In this document: positions 34,718-48,108 of the stretch, one piece after another | How positions within the stretch are numbered: the stretch's first letter is position 1 | Layout: the number at the start of each line of letters is the position of its first letter | Assembly: GCA_910586435.1 (NCBI GenBank) | Contig: CAJUGT010000003.1 | Location: forward strand, 1,782-65,781 | DNA from: an uncultured Acetatifactor sp. | Lineage (GTDB): Bacteria; Bacillota; Clostridia; Lachnospirales; Lachnospiraceae | Direction: 5' to 3' | DNA length: 64,000 nucleotides | Translations under genes and position numbers: made by a program | Notes under the pieces: generated by a model | The model's database searches: none | Told to the model about the DNA's origin: nothing | Seen by the model: only the letters and a program-made list of their open reading frames with translations

Positions 34718-36550
34718 TTATGTATAATACTGGGCCTGAGCATCCCACAATTCCCTGTACAGTCCTTCCTGATGCTCTAATTCTTCATGTTTCCCCCTTT
34801 GTATTACATCACCTCCATCAAATACCAGAATATCTTCACAGAACCGGCAGGAAGCAAGCCTATGGGATATATAAATGGCTGTCTTATTGCCCACCATCTT
34901 ATCAAAGCCAGCATATACTTCACATTCTGATTCCGGGTCCAGGGCAGCGGTAGGTTCATCCATAATGACAAAGGGAGCATTTTTATATATGGCACGGGCA
35001 ATGGCAATTTTCTGCTTCTCACCACCGGAAAAAGTCACACCTTTGTCATCAAATTCTTTGCTGATATTCGTGGAAAGCCCTTTTTCCAGATTTCCATAAC
35101 ACTCCCCAAGACCAGCTCTGTTCAGTGCGTCCACCGCACGCTCTTCTTCCACTTTAGTCCCTGCTGCCACATTTTCTCCCAACGGAAACGCAAATACCTG
35201 AAAATCCTGAAAAACGACGGAAAATAATTGACAATATTCTGTATAATCATATTTTCTAATGTCAATTCCATTTACTTTAATGCATCCCTCAGTCACATCA
35301 TACAGACGGCACAAAAGTTTGATAAATGTAGTCTTGCCCGATCCGTTTCTGCCCACTATGGCCATTCTCTCTCCAATGACAAATTTCAGATTCAAATCCT
35401 TTATCACATATGTTTCACTCCCGGGATACTTAAATGAAACATGATCAAATTCTACGGAGAACTTGCCATCCTGACGTTTTTCCATGGGTATGGTGCCTTC
35501 GTGTTTTCTCTGTGGCAGACCCATATATTTCACATAATCCCCGGCAAATGCACAATTTCCGCTAAGCCAGCTCAATTGATAAGTAGCCCTTCCTATGGCA
35601 TCCATAAATTTCAAAATACTTGCCGCGTAAGTCACCACACCTCCAATGCTGATGATTCCGGCGCAGGCCAGCAAACCGGCAAACACATATACAAGAAAAC
35701 CAGTGACAGCGGAAACAGATTGTTCCGTAAATATATCCAACATGATATAATGTGCCATTTTATTCATAGTTCTCTTTACATTGGACTCAATGCGCCGAAA
35801 TTCCTTCTCATATAAATTCTGCTGTTTACATATTCTTAAATCTTTCTGTTTCTCATATCCCGAAAGAATTTCAAGATAATATTTGTTTCTGGTTTCATCG
35901 TTTGACATTTCTTTCCTGGCATCCGCTACTTTTTTACTGAAATACCTTCCCATTTGAAATTCTGTTATGACCAGAAAAATGACCACCACAAAAAGAAGTA
36001 TCGACATGAGCCAGGAACCCATAAACCCCTCGGACAGAGAGTGACTGCCCCGGATAAACATGGGAACCACCACAAAAAACGCCATTAAAACCGTAGTGGC
36101 CGCAGTCATAATTTTATTCAGAACACTTAGAGTAATTGCCGTCAGGCTCCACCCTCCAAATTTTTCGATTCTCTGCCGCATTTCGTGAATTCCCACATCT
36201 TCCAGGTACTCATAATCCATGGACATGCTCTTTTGGTTCATGGGCTGTGCCTGAATCTCCTGCATATACTCAAGCTTTCGATTAAAAAACATGGTGAGAA
36301 TGCCTTCCATAACGGACATTAGAAAGATTCCACCCACTCCCATGGCTGCGTACCGCAACAATTCCCCAATACTTTCTCCCGCATATACTGCGTCCACCAG
36401 CATTCCTGTCAAAATTACGGCAATAAAAGGACGTGTCCCCATAAATATGGATAAACATACCATGCTGATTAATACATCTTTATGCTTCTGAACCAGGTTT
36501 CCCAAAAGGGCAACTATATTTTTCCAATCTTTTCTACTCATCAAATACAC
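34718..36550 (-). CDS. ABC exporter, fused permease/ATP-binding protein
   Basis: Walker A GRNGSGKTT, signature FSGGEKQK, Walker B FVIMDEPTAALD. The N-terminal half has 6 TM segments. Confidence 0.85.
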   Translation of the reverse strand: MYLMSRKDWKNIVALLGNLVQKHKDVLISMVCLSIFMGTRPFIAVILTGMLVDAVYAGESIGELLRYAAMGVGGIFLMSVMEGILTMFFNRKLEYMQEIQAQPMNQKSMSMDYEYLEDVGIHEMRQRIEKFGGWSLTAITLSVLNKIMTAATTVLMAFFVVVPMFIRGSHSLSEGFMGSWLMSILLFVVVIFLVITEFQMGRYFSKKVADARKEMSNDETRNKYYLEILSGYEKQKDLRICKQQNLYEKEFRRIESNVKRTMNKMAHYIMLDIFTEQSVSAVTGFLVYVFAGLLACAGIISIGGVVTYAASILKFMDAIGRATYQLSWLSGNCAFAGDYVKYMGLPQRKHEGTIPMEKRQDGKFSVEFDHVSFKYPGSETYVIKDLNLKFVIGERMAIVGRNGSGKTTFIKLLCRLYDVTEGCIKVNGIDIRKYDYTEYCQLFSVVFQDFQVFAFPLGENVAAGTKVEEERAVDALNRAGLGECYGNLEKGLSTNISKEFDDKGVTFSGGEKQKIAIARAIYKNAPFVIMDEPTAALDPESECEVYAGFDKMVGNKTAIYISHRLASCRFCEDILVFDGGDVIQRGKHEELEHQEGLYRELWDAQAQYYT

Positions 36551-38450
36551 CTCTCTCTTCCCCTGTTTTCACCTCATAAATGTCACCCATCAGCTGACTT
36601 TTTATCTTTCTTTCCTTTTCTTCCTGGTAATACTGGCTCTGGACTTGAAATAACTCCGCATATCTGGTCTTACCTGCAAGCAGCTCCTCATGCGTGCCCT
36701 CCTCAATGATTTTCCCATGCTCTAAAAGCAATATTCTGTCACAAAACCTGGTACTGGACAAACGATGAGAGATATAAACACTGGTCTTATGCTCCATGGA
36801 TTTCCCATAATTTAAGTATAATTCATTCTCCGCAATGGGGTCCAATGCCGCCGTGGGCTCATCCAATATTACCAAAGGTGTATTCTGATATAGCGTCCTT
36901 GCAAATAACATTTTCTGCTTTTCGCCGCCGGAGAAATCAGTGGAACCCTGATTGACTTCCCTGACCAATAATGACCCTCCCTTTTTGGGAAGTTTTTCAT
37001 AAACAGTTTCAAAATGAGACAATTCCAATGCTTTTTTCAGGTTTTCTCTGTCTATTTCTTCCAGATTTTGTCCTGTCAGATTTTCATCCAGACTTAATGC
37101 CATCATGGTAGAATCCTGAAACAATACGGATATTAGACTATAATATTCCTCCCTGCTAAATTCCTGTATGGGAATGTCGTTTAATAAAATATCACCTTCT
37201 GTAGGATGATAAAAGCCACACATCAATTTTACAAATGTGGTCTTTCCGGCGCCATTTAATCCAATAAGCGCTATTTTTTCTCCTGGTTTGATAACCACAT
37301 TTATATTTTTCAACGTTGGTTTCTCATTGCCCGGATAGGTAAAAGAAACATTTCTGAATTCAAGCTTTACAGGATTTTGTTTTATTTGATTCAGTTTATC
37401 TTTTCCAATCCCTTCTCCTCTGTTCCATCGGTCTTTTGTCTCCAAAAATTCCCTCATATAACTGATGGAAGCACTGGTATTATTAAATCCCATTACCTGT
37501 CTCAGGACATCTTCAAAATAAAGCGCAAAACCATTCACCAAACCAATATAAAATACAAACTCCGCAACGGTAATCCTTCCATTCACTAATAAATGAATTA
37601 AAAATCCATAAGTTGCTCCATTCATTAAAAGCTGCAAGAAAGCATGGAAAATATTTCGGAACAGATACCAGTCATGTATGATACCATACATTTTCCCCAT
37701 CTCCTTCAGTGAATCATCATATTTTTCAAGAAACCAATCCAGAAGATGATAGATGCGAATATCCTTTCCCGCTGCGCTGTCCGTTGCCTGGGCGGTAATA
37801 TAACTTTCCTTTCTGGCAGAGAGCTGCAATTTCTCATAATACTCACTATGCTTCTTCCTTGCAATAGAAAGAAGCCACAGACTTATCCCCAGGGAAAACA
37901 TGATAATTGCCAGAAGAAGTATGCTTTTTCCTGCCAGAAGAATTCCGTAAAGCATCACACCCACCATGGAAGAAAGGAACATGGGAAATGAAATAACCGC
38001 ATTTGAAACACCCTGCCCAAAACGTGCCACACGCCAGGCATTTCCGGATATTTTCTGAAACTCCTCATCTTCCAGACAGTCATAGTCCACATCCATTATT
38101 TTATGTACAAATTTACCGGCATAATGATATTGAATAAACTGCCCTATATTACCGCAATATTCAATGAGCATGTTGTATACACAATTACATATCCACATCA
38201 TGACCGCAATGAAAGCCATATGAAATACCAAATGAGGAATCGTAATCTGCGCAGTCAAATCCTCCACCAGTTTAGAGGGCAGATAAGTTCCCAACAGAGA
38301 ACCAAAAGCCCCTGGCACCACTGCGAAAATCTGTGCCCAGAACAGCTTCCTGTCCCACTCTTTGGTTGCTTTCATGTTATAAAGAAAGTTACTGATAAGC
38401 CCATATTTTCTTCTTGACCTATCATCAAACACCTTGTTCATATACAGCAT
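36534..38450 (-). CDS. ABC exporter, fused permease/ATP-binding protein (heterodimer partner)
   Basis: Walker A GLNGAGKTT, signature FSGGEKQK, Walker B LVILDEPTAALD. Start at MLYMNK after AGGAGG. Confidence 0.85.
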   Translation of the reverse strand: MLYMNKVFDDRSRRKYGLISNFLYNMKATKEWDRKLFWAQIFAVVPGAFGSLLGTYLPSKLVEDLTAQITIPHLVFHMAFIAVMMWICNCVYNMLIEYCGNIGQFIQYHYAGKFVHKIMDVDYDCLEDEEFQKISGNAWRVARFGQGVSNAVISFPMFLSSMVGVMLYGILLAGKSILLLAIIMFSLGISLWLLSIARKKHSEYYEKLQLSARKESYITAQATDSAAGKDIRIYHLLDWFLEKYDDSLKEMGKMYGIIHDWYLFRNIFHAFLQLLMNGATYGFLIHLLVNGRITVAEFVFYIGLVNGFALYFEDVLRQVMGFNNTSASISYMREFLETKDRWNRGEGIGKDKLNQIKQNPVKLEFRNVSFTYPGNEKPTLKNINVVIKPGEKIALIGLNGAGKTTFVKLMCGFYHPTEGDILLNDIPIQEFSREEYYSLISVLFQDSTMMALSLDENLTGQNLEEIDRENLKKALELSHFETVYEKLPKKGGSLLVREVNQGSTDFSGGEKQKMLFARTLYQNTPLVILDEPTAALDPIAENELYLNYGKSMEHKTSVYISHRLSSTRFCDRILLLEHGKIIEEGTHEELLAGKTRYAELFQVQSQYYQEEKERKIKSQLMGDIYEVKTGEERGVFDE

Positions 38451-38574
38451 AATATTTCCTCCTGCCCAGTTCCGCAACTTGTCCGGTCCGTTGCTGTTTT
38501 TTCATATCCCATTTGACACTACCATGCAAAATTACCTTGCACCATTCGCCAAATGGATGCTGGCACATCCGCTT

Positions 38575-38655
38575 GGCTCATTGCACGCAGGAATCAAAAG
38601 TTGACATAAGGTCCTGCTGTGCCAAGCTTGTAACGTGATTGCTCTGAAATCATGG
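38575..38655 (-). repeat. degenerate/partial copy of the A unit of the structured repeat family
   Basis: GCACGCAGGAATCAAAAGTTGACATAAGG..GTGCCAAG followed by CTGAAATCATGGTATGGG. Confidence 0.55.
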
Positions 38656-38791
38656 TATGGGATGCCCATTCGGTCTTTTTATCAACTTTATTTCACAGTA
38701 TAGCATTTTTTTGTGCTCTTCCGAAAATTTTGCACGAATTGTATTTCACCACGCACGAATAGCAAATGGAACTAAAAGGTGCTGCATGTAC

Positions 38792-38824
38792 ATAAAAAAG
38801 AGCGGAACACACCCCGCTCTTTTC
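38792..38824 (-). terminator. rho-independent terminator after the histidine kinase gene
   Basis: The minus strand reads AAGAGCGGGGTGTGTTCCGCTCTTTTTT. Confidence 0.75.
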
Positions 38825-38830
38825 TATGAT

Positions 38831-39571
38831 TCACATATGTTCCGCCTCTTTGGATTTTACAATGGGAAGCATAATCTCCGTTGCAAACACTCCTTTTTCC
38901 ATCTGTCTGTTAATATAGCCATTATGTTTTGTCACAATATCATCTACCCTGAGCAATCCAAAACCATGATCCCCCTTTTTCATTGAAACCAAATGATTTC
39001 CCTTTCTCTTGGGATTACCAAACATGGAATTTGTTATACAGATATACAACTGCTGCTTCATGACATCAATGTATACACGAATGAATCTCTCCTGTTCCGG
39101 CACCAGTTCACATGCCTCCATGGCATTGTCCATAAGATTTCCAATCAATACTGATAAATCAATATCAGAAACAGGCAGATTATCCGGAACATGTGCCGTG
39201 GCGTTGACCTGAATATTACGTTCCTGTATCAAAGTCAGTTTACTGTTCAGAATTGCATCCACCATCACATTGCCTGTCCGCAGTACCATATCCACATTGG
39301 CCAAATCTTCTTCCAGGCGATCCAGATATTTTGAAGCTTTTTCATACTGTACCATGGCCAAATAAGCTTTCAGCGTCTGTATATGATTGTGATAATCATG
39401 ACGCCATTCCCGCATGGTACGATACATAATTTCCACTTCATCATAGTGTCTGTCCACCAGGTCGTTTTGAAATCTTGAAATCTTCCAGTTGACATACCAT
39501 GGCATGGCAAATATCCACAAAATCAAATTGACGACCACCATCAACAACAGTGCCGCTATTTGCCAAATCAA
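38831..39571 (-). CDS. GHKL-domain sensor histidine kinase (AgrC/LytS-type partner of a LytTR regulator), single TM
   Basis: N-box GNLMDNAMEAC and G-box GDHGFGLL. One N-terminal TM segment. Confidence 0.75.
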   Translation of the reverse strand: MIWQIAALLLMVVVNLILWIFAMPWYVNWKISRFQNDLVDRHYDEVEIMYRTMREWRHDYHNHIQTLKAYLAMVQYEKASKYLDRLEEDLANVDMVLRTGNVMVDAILNSKLTLIQERNIQVNATAHVPDNLPVSDIDLSVLIGNLMDNAMEACELVPEQERFIRVYIDVMKQQLYICITNSMFGNPKRKGNHLVSMKKGDHGFGLLRVDDIVTKHNGYINRQMEKGVFATEIMLPIVKSKEAEHM

Positions 39572-39586
39572 ATCAATAACCCCCCA

Positions 39587-40300
39587 TCAATTTAAGCTTC
39601 CTCTGTACAAATCAATAAAAGCCTGGTTCACTCCCTTTTCCGTACTCCGACTCACTGGAAGCCTGCGTCCGTCATCCATGGTCAATTGAGATTTTACTAT
39701 AATTGAAACATGCCGCAGATTCACCACATAGGAGCGATGGCAGCGTATAAATTCTTTATGGGCCCCTAAATACTCCTCCATTTCACTAATGGAAGATCCA
39801 ATCATATACTCTTCCCCATCCGTATATAGGACACACTGGTGTGCTCTCGCCTCCACATACCATATCTTAAACAAGGGCAGAGAGAGTGACCCATTTTCTG
39901 TCTTAAATAATAATTTTACTTCCTGTTTGCCTTTTCTTTTTACCCTGTCAAGAACCTCAAAAAACTTCTGCTTGTCTAATGGTTTTACCAAATAATGTAA
40001 TGCTGCCACCTCATAGCCCTGGGACATATATTCATCATATCCTGTGACAAATAATATGGGAATTTCATTGTCCTGCTGTCTTATTTTTGCCGCAAGCTCC
40101 AAACCGCTCATTCGGCCCAGTCCAACGTCAAAAATCAACAAATCGTATTCCTTGTCTTCCTCCCAGAAAAACATAAAATTTTCTCCGCTTTGAAACAATT
40201 TCATTTCCAAAGAAATTCCACTTAATTTTGACCATTCTTCCAGGTATCCTTTCAGCAACTGCCTCTGCGCATCTTCATCATCACATATTGCAATCCTCAT
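39587..40300 (-). CDS. LytTR-family response regulator
   Basis: Receiver MRIAICDDED...LLIFDVGL...LVKP. C-terminal LytTR region FIRCHRSYVVNLRHV. Start after GGGAGG. Confidence 0.85.
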   Translation of the reverse strand: MRIAICDDEDAQRQLLKGYLEEWSKLSGISLEMKLFQSGENFMFFWEEDKEYDLLIFDVGLGRMSGLELAAKIRQQDNEIPILFVTGYDEYMSQGYEVAALHYLVKPLDKQKFFEVLDRVKRKGKQEVKLLFKTENGSLSLPLFKIWYVEARAHQCVLYTDGEEYMIGSSISEMEEYLGAHKEFIRCHRSYVVNLRHVSIIVKSQLTMDDGRRLPVSRSTEKGVNQAFIDLYRGSLN

Positions 40301-40426
40301 TTTTTCCTCCCTCTTACACCATCTGTTCCAATTGGGGTTATAATGACATATCAGGTCGCCATACCACAATCATTTGGAACAGAATGCAAACAGGTTTTAT
40401 CGAAATGGGATGTTTTTTCAGCAAAT

Positions 40427-41614
40427 TTATGCCGCCATAGCCTTATGTTCGTCCCTGGAATACAAAAGCTTCAGCACAATAGGAGTGGATATACTTGACA
40501 CAATAATCAATAAGATAACAGAAGTAAAATATATTGGGGTCAACAGACCAACCGACAGTCCCTTCTGCGCCACAATCAAAGCCACTTCTCCCCTGGTCAT
40601 CATTCCCACACCTATCTTAAAGCAATCAAGCCCACGGAACTTACACAATCTTGCCATGAGACCACATCCGATAATTTTACCCAACAATGCCACTACCACA
40701 AAGCCCAGGGAAAATAACAGAATACCTCCATCCACATTATCTATACTTGTCTTCAGTCCAATGCTGGCAAAAAATATGGGGCCAAAAATCATATAAGAGC
40801 TTACTTCCATTTTTTCTTCAATATAATTGGAATCTTTAATGGAACACAATACAATTCCTGCCACATAAGCGCCTGTAATATCCGCAATTCCAAAAAATTT
40901 CTCCGCAGCATACGCAAAGAAAAAGCAGAGGGCAAGGCTTATAATAGGAATCCGTCTTGTGTGCGGATAACGTGCGTCCAATATCTGAAATAATTTATAT
41001 AGAACCCATCCCAGCCCCAAAGCAAGAACAAAGAACAAAACTGTGGAAATAACCACCTTTCCCGGATTGGAATCCGGGCTTTTAAATCCAACCACAAAAG
41101 TAAGGACAATAATCCCTATGACATCGTCAATAATAGCGGCACTTAAAATGGTGGTACCAACTTTTTCCCGTAATTTCCCCATCTCTTTTAATGACTGCAC
41201 CGTAATACTCACACTGGTTGCGGTCATTATCACACCAATAAAAACAGCCTTATAAAATGCTTCCGAACCCCAGGGCGCCATTCCATAGAATCCCATATAC
41301 AGAAATGTTCCAAATATAAGTGGTATGAATACGCCCGCACAGGCTATCAACAGCGCTACAGGTCCTGTCTTCATGAGTTCTTTCAGATCTGTTTCCAGTC
41401 CTGCGGAAAACATGAGCAACACCACACCTACCTCTGCCATCTCCATTAAAAAGTCTGTCTGTTGTACCAATCCCAAGACGCTTGGTCCAATGATTAATCC
41501 TGCCACAATCTCTCCAACTACCTGCGGCGCCTTACACTTTCTTGCAAGAATGCCGAATAATTTAGCGAATATAATGATAATCGCCAGGTCTTTAAACACA
41601 CTGTATGCTTCCAT
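40427..41614 (-). CDS. cation:proton antiporter (CPA2 / Na_H_Exchanger family)
   Basis: APQVVGEIVAGLIIGPSVLGL N-terminal motif. About 11 TM segments. Confidence 0.8.
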   Translation of the reverse strand: MEAYSVFKDLAIIIIFAKLFGILARKCKAPQVVGEIVAGLIIGPSVLGLVQQTDFLMEMAEVGVVLLMFSAGLETDLKELMKTGPVALLIACAGVFIPLIFGTFLYMGFYGMAPWGSEAFYKAVFIGVIMTATSVSITVQSLKEMGKLREKVGTTILSAAIIDDVIGIIVLTFVVGFKSPDSNPGKVVISTVLFFVLALGLGWVLYKLFQILDARYPHTRRIPIISLALCFFFAYAAEKFFGIADITGAYVAGIVLCSIKDSNYIEEKMEVSSYMIFGPIFFASIGLKTSIDNVDGGILLFSLGFVVVALLGKIIGCGLMARLCKFRGLDCFKIGVGMMTRGEVALIVAQKGLSVGLLTPIYFTSVILLIIVSSISTPIVLKLLYSRDEHKAMAA

Positions 41615-41734
41615 AACTTTCTCCTCTTCTACCGTATTACTTTTTTATCCACAAAAGTATAGCACAAACTATAATATGATGCAATTTCTTATTATTGAAA
41701 ATTTTTACCGTAAGCATTGGAGTGCGAAAAAGAA

Positions 41735-41834
41735 AAGGGCTGTCGCATTAAGAAATTCTACACAAGATACAGGATGTCTGGTAATCAGGCATACCTATAT
41801 CCAGTGTCCATAACCCTTAATGCGACAGCCCCTT
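41735..41834 (-). terminator. long hairpin (about 18-bp stem, ~63-nt loop) plus T-run downstream of gyrA
   Basis: AAGGGCTGTCGCATTAAG (41735-41752) pairs with CTTAATGCGACAGCCCCTT (41816-41834). The minus strand continues with TTTTCTTTTT. Confidence 0.6.
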
Positions 41835-41858
41835 CCCCTTTCTTTTATTTTCTATTCT

Positions 41859-44456
41859 CTATTCTTCTGAGTCCTTCTCCTGTGTCAAATCCTTCTCTTC
41901 TTCCGTAAATTCCGTCAATGATTTCGTTGATGATTCATCAGAAGAGTTCTGGTTCAAATCAGAGACTTTGTCCTCAGCGGTATCTTCCATGTTCTCCACT
42001 TTTGCCCTGACTTTGGCAATCTGCGCCACTTTGATACCTTCGTCCAGGTTCATCATCTTCACACCGGAAGTAATCCGTCCAAGAGTGGAAATATCCTGCA
42101 TTCTTAACTGTATGATAATCCCTTCCGTGGTAATCATCATGATTTCATTGTCATCATTGACAGCTTTCACTCCTACCACATTTCCTGTCTTTTCCGTGAT
42201 TTTATAACATTTAACCCCTTTTCCTCCCCGGTTCTGTACACCGAACTCATTCAGATAAGTACGCTTCCCAAGGCCGTTTTCTGATACAATCAAAAGGGAA
42301 TCTCCCTGGCTTTGAAGCTGCATTCCAATCACTTCATCTCCATCGGAAAGATTCATACCAATGACACCCATGGAACTTCTGCTGGTGGCTCTTACATCCG
42401 TTTCCCTGAACCTGATACACATACCCTGTTTGGTCACAAGCAAAATCTCACTGTCCCTGTCTGTGGCTTTCACTTCAATCAGCTCATCCTCTTCCTTCAA
42501 GGTAATGGCTGCTAGGCCCTTCTTCCGAATATTAGAGAATTCAGCCAGAGAAGTCTTCTTTACAATTCCCGTCCTTGTAACCATAAAGAGGTTTTTGCCG
42601 CTTTCATAGTCTTCTATTGGTATCATGGCCGTAATCTTTTCACCCGGGGTAAGCTGCAACAAATTTACTATGGCAGTTCCCCTGGCAGTTCTTCCGGCTT
42701 CCGGAATTTCATAGGCCTTTAGCCTGTATACCCTTCCTAGACTGGTAAAGAAATTCAGATAATGATGGGTGGTGGTCATGAGCAAATCTTCAATAAAATC
42801 ATCTTCAATGGTCTGCATTCCCTTAATTCCCTTACCGCCACGGTTCTGAGACTTAAAATTATCCACCGTCATTCTCTTAATGTACCCTAAACTGGTAAGA
42901 GCAATCACCGTATTTTCCTTTGGAACCATATCCTCTTCAGAAAAATCCAACTCATCGTAACCTATTTTTGTTCTCCTGTCATCCCCATGTTTTTCGGAGA
43001 TTTCAGATATTTCTTTCTTAATGACGCCCAACAAAAGCTTTTCATCTGCCAGAATTGTTTTTAATTCTGTGATTTTCAACTGCAATTCATTATGTTCGTT
43101 CTCCAGTTTCTCCCTTTCCAAACCGGTAAGGGCCCGCAGACGCATATCAACAATTGCCTGGGCTTGGGGGTCGGAAAGCTCAAAACGCTCAATAAGCCTT
43201 TCTTTTGCCAATTGAGTATTCTGACTGCTTCGTATGATGGAGATAACCTCGTCTATGAAATCCAGAGCCTTTAACAGCCCCTGTAATATATGATCTCTCT
43301 CTTCCGCTTTGTTCAGCTCATATTTTGTCCTTCTGGTGACAACATCCTCCTGATGTTTCAGATAATATGTCAGCATTTGCAGAAGATTCATAATTTTTGG
43401 CTCCTGGTTTACCAAAGCCAACATAATGACACCGTAGGAATTTTGCAGTTGGGTATGTTTATAAAGCTGATTTAATATCACATTGGCATTGGCATCTCTG
43501 CGAAGTTCAATCACAACCCTGACACCTTCTCTGTTTGATTCATCACGTATCTCCGTAATTCCGTCAATCTTTTTCAATTTCACCAACTCTGCAATCTTGA
43601 TTATAAGGTTGGCTTTATTCACCATATAGGGCAATTCCGTAGCCACAATCTGACTTTTTCCATTGGACAATGTCTCTATATTGGTAATGGCCCGCACTAC
43701 TACTTTGCCCCGCCCTGTCTTATAGGCTTCCTCACAGCCACGGGTTCCCAAAATGAGACCTCCTGTTGGAAAATCAGGTGCTTTTATCAAAGTAAGAATC
43801 TCTTCTATGGTAGTATCCCTGTCTTCCTCCACTCTGTTATCAATCATTTTATTGATAGCGCTAATCACTTCCCGAAGATTATGCGGAGGTATATTGGTGG
43901 CCATACCAACCGCAATGCCTGTGGTGCCGTTTACCAGAAGATTGGGATAACGCCCCGGCAATACTACGGGCTCTTTTTCCGTATCATCAAAATTCGGTAC
44001 AAAATCCACGGTATCTTTATTGATATCTGCCAAAAGCTCCATGGATATTTTGGACAGCCTTGCTTCCGTGTATCGCATGGCGGCGGCGCCGTCGCCATCC
44101 ATGGAACCAAAATTCCCATGCCCGTCCACAAGAGGATACCTGGTAGACCAATCCTGCGCCATATTCACCAGAGCACCATAAATGGAACTGTCCCCATGAG
44201 GATGGTACTTACCCATGGTATCACCAACAATACGCGCGCTTTTTCGATGAGGCTTGTCAGGGCCATTATTCAATTCAATCATGGAATAGAGTACACGACG
44301 CTGAACCGGTTTTAAGCCATCCCTTACATCCGGAAGCGCACGGGAGGCAATAACACTCATGGCATAGTCTATATAGAATGTCTCCATCCTTTCCTTTAAG
44401 TCTACCTCATGAATCTTATCTATTTCCGGATTGTTGTCAAAAATATCATCGTTCAT
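41859..44456 (-). CDS. gyrA: DNA gyrase subunit A
   Basis: [24 protein letters not shown] and GKYHPHGD motifs. Start at MNDDIF after AAGAGGAAA. Acidic C-terminal tail. Confidence 0.95.
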   Translation of the reverse strand: MNDDIFDNNPEIDKIHEVDLKERMETFYIDYAMSVIASRALPDVRDGLKPVQRRVLYSMIELNNGPDKPHRKSARIVGDTMGKYHPHGDSSIYGALVNMAQDWSTRYPLVDGHGNFGSMDGDGAAAMRYTEARLSKISMELLADINKDTVDFVPNFDDTEKEPVVLPGRYPNLLVNGTTGIAVGMATNIPPHNLREVISAINKMIDNRVEEDRDTTIEEILTLIKAPDFPTGGLILGTRGCEEAYKTGRGKVVVRAITNIETLSNGKSQIVATELPYMVNKANLIIKIAELVKLKKIDGITEIRDESNREGVRVVIELRRDANANVILNQLYKHTQLQNSYGVIMLALVNQEPKIMNLLQMLTYYLKHQEDVVTRRTKYELNKAEERDHILQGLLKALDFIDEVISIIRSSQNTQLAKERLIERFELSDPQAQAIVDMRLRALTGLEREKLENEHNELQLKITELKTILADEKLLLGVIKKEISEISEKHGDDRRTKIGYDELDFSEEDMVPKENTVIALTSLGYIKRMTVDNFKSQNRGGKGIKGMQTIEDDFIEDLLMTTTHHYLNFFTSLGRVYRLKAYEIPEAGRTARGTAIVNLLQLTPGEKITAMIPIEDYESGKNLFMVTRTGIVKKTSLAEFSNIRKKGLAAITLKEEDELIEVKATDRDSEILLVTKQGMCIRFRETDVRATSRSSMGVIGMNLSDGDEVIGMQLQSQGDSLLIVSENGLGKRTYLNEFGVQNRGGKGVKCYKITEKTGNVVGVKAVNDDNEIMMITTEGIIIQLRMQDISTLGRITSGVKMMNLDEGIKVAQIAKVRAKVENMEDTAEDKVSDLNQNSSDESSTKSLTEFTEEEKDLTQEKDSEE

Positions 44457-44501
44457 GTTTTTCCTCTTTCTATTGTCCAAATCTCGCAAAGTCCCAATGA
44501 A

Positions 44502-46655
<2,154 letters not shown>

Positions 46656-46689
46656 TTAAAGCAGAGTTTATTAGATATTCTCCTAAGAC

Positions 46690-47781
46690 TTATATGCTGC
46701 TCATACAAGTAACCTTCCCCTGGGAAACTTCATACACTTTATTCATTTCAAAGCGGTGATTGACAAATTCCTCTAAACCGGTACAGGTTATAATGGTCTG
46801 AATATCCCCTATACTGTCCAATAGAAAATTACGTCTGTTGGAATCCAGTTCTGAAAGCACATCATCCAGCAGTAAAACCGGTGTGTCCCTGGTAATTTTC
46901 TTTACAAGTTCTATTTCTGAAAGCTTTAATGACAAAGCTGCCGTTCGCTGCTGCCCCTGGGAACCATATTTTCTGATATCCACATCCCCCACCATAAAAG
47001 AAAAATCATCTCGATGGGGTCCCACCGAAGTCATTTTGGATCTCATATCCCTGTCCTGGCTGTTTCTCAATTTATCCTCAAATTCACTCAATTTTACGTC
47101 AGGTTCATAATGAATCCTGATTTCTTCCTTGTCTCCTGACAATTTCTTATGTATATCAAATATAATTTCATTTAATTGTTCCACAAATAGATTTCTGCGT
47201 TCAATAATTTTACTTCCAAAAGATACCAGCTGCATATCCCATATACTTAAAGTTTCCTTTAAATCAGGATTCAAATACATATCCTTTAAAAGCTTATTGC
47301 GCTGATTTACTATTTTATTATAATGATTCAAATTATAGAGATAAAATCCATCCAGCTGACAGAGCTCCATATCCACAAAATGTCTTCGCTCAGCGGGACC
47401 ATTCTTGATAATTCCCAAGTCCTCCGGTGAAAAGAATACCACATTGCACAATCCCAATAAGTCTGCGGCTTTTTTAATCTTCTGCCCGTCTATGGCAATT
47501 CCCTTGGACTTATTCTTCCGCAGATGCATATCAATCCTGGTTTGAACGCCTTCTTTTTCCAGATAAGCTCTGATATGGCCTTCTTCTTTGTCAAAATTTA
47601 CAATCTCCTTGTCCTTGCTTCCCTTATGAGATTTTGTCGTGGCCATCACAAAGATTGCTTCCAGTATATTCGTCTTTCCCTGGGCATTGTCTCCGTACAG
47701 AATGTTTGTGCCACGGTCAAACTGCATAATAAGTGAATCATAATTTCTGTAATCAGCCAGTTCTATTGACTTTATAATCAT
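46690..47781 (-). CDS. recF: DNA replication/repair protein RecF
   Basis: Walker A GDNAQGKTNILEAI, signature SQGQQRTAALSLKL, Walker B LLLDDVLSELD. Confidence 0.95.
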   Translation of the reverse strand: MIIKSIELADYRNYDSLIMQFDRGTNILYGDNAQGKTNILEAIFVMATTKSHKGSKDKEIVNFDKEEGHIRAYLEKEGVQTRIDMHLRKNKSKGIAIDGQKIKKAADLLGLCNVVFFSPEDLGIIKNGPAERRHFVDMELCQLDGFYLYNLNHYNKIVNQRNKLLKDMYLNPDLKETLSIWDMQLVSFGSKIIERRNLFVEQLNEIIFDIHKKLSGDKEEIRIHYEPDVKLSEFEDKLRNSQDRDMRSKMTSVGPHRDDFSFMVGDVDIRKYGSQGQQRTAALSLKLSEIELVKKITRDTPVLLLDDVLSELDSNRRNFLLDSIGDIQTIITCTGLEEFVNHRFEMNKVYEVSQGKVTCMSSI

Positions 47782-47794
47782 GTTTATACCGTCT

Positions 47795-48004
47795 TTACTT
47801 TTCTATTTTAATTTCTTCCCCATGAAATTCCACCATATCACCGGCCACAAGCTTTCGTCCGCGCCTTGTATCCACCTCACCGTTTACCTTTACCTCACCG
47901 TCCTGAACCACTATTTTCGCTTCCACACCTGAATCCACCAGCCCGGCTGCCTTTAATGCCTGACCTAATTTAATATAATCGTCCTTTAAATGAATGAAAT
48001 GCAT
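47795..48004 (-). CDS. yaaA: S4-domain RNA-binding protein YaaA
   Basis: 69 aa in the conserved position between dnaN and recF. S4-like KLGQALKAAGLVDSG...VNGEVDTRRGRKL. Confidence 0.8.
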   Translation of the reverse strand: MHFIHLKDDYIKLGQALKAAGLVDSGVEAKIVVQDGEVKVNGEVDTRRGRKLVAGDMVEFHGEEIKIEK

Positions 48005-48108
48005 TTTATCCCTCTTTCATTACGGCATTCAGCCGCAATATTGATTTTCTACAAAATTCTACAAAACATGACCATAATTCAAACATCACTCAGTGATATC
48101 CCCGTGAA

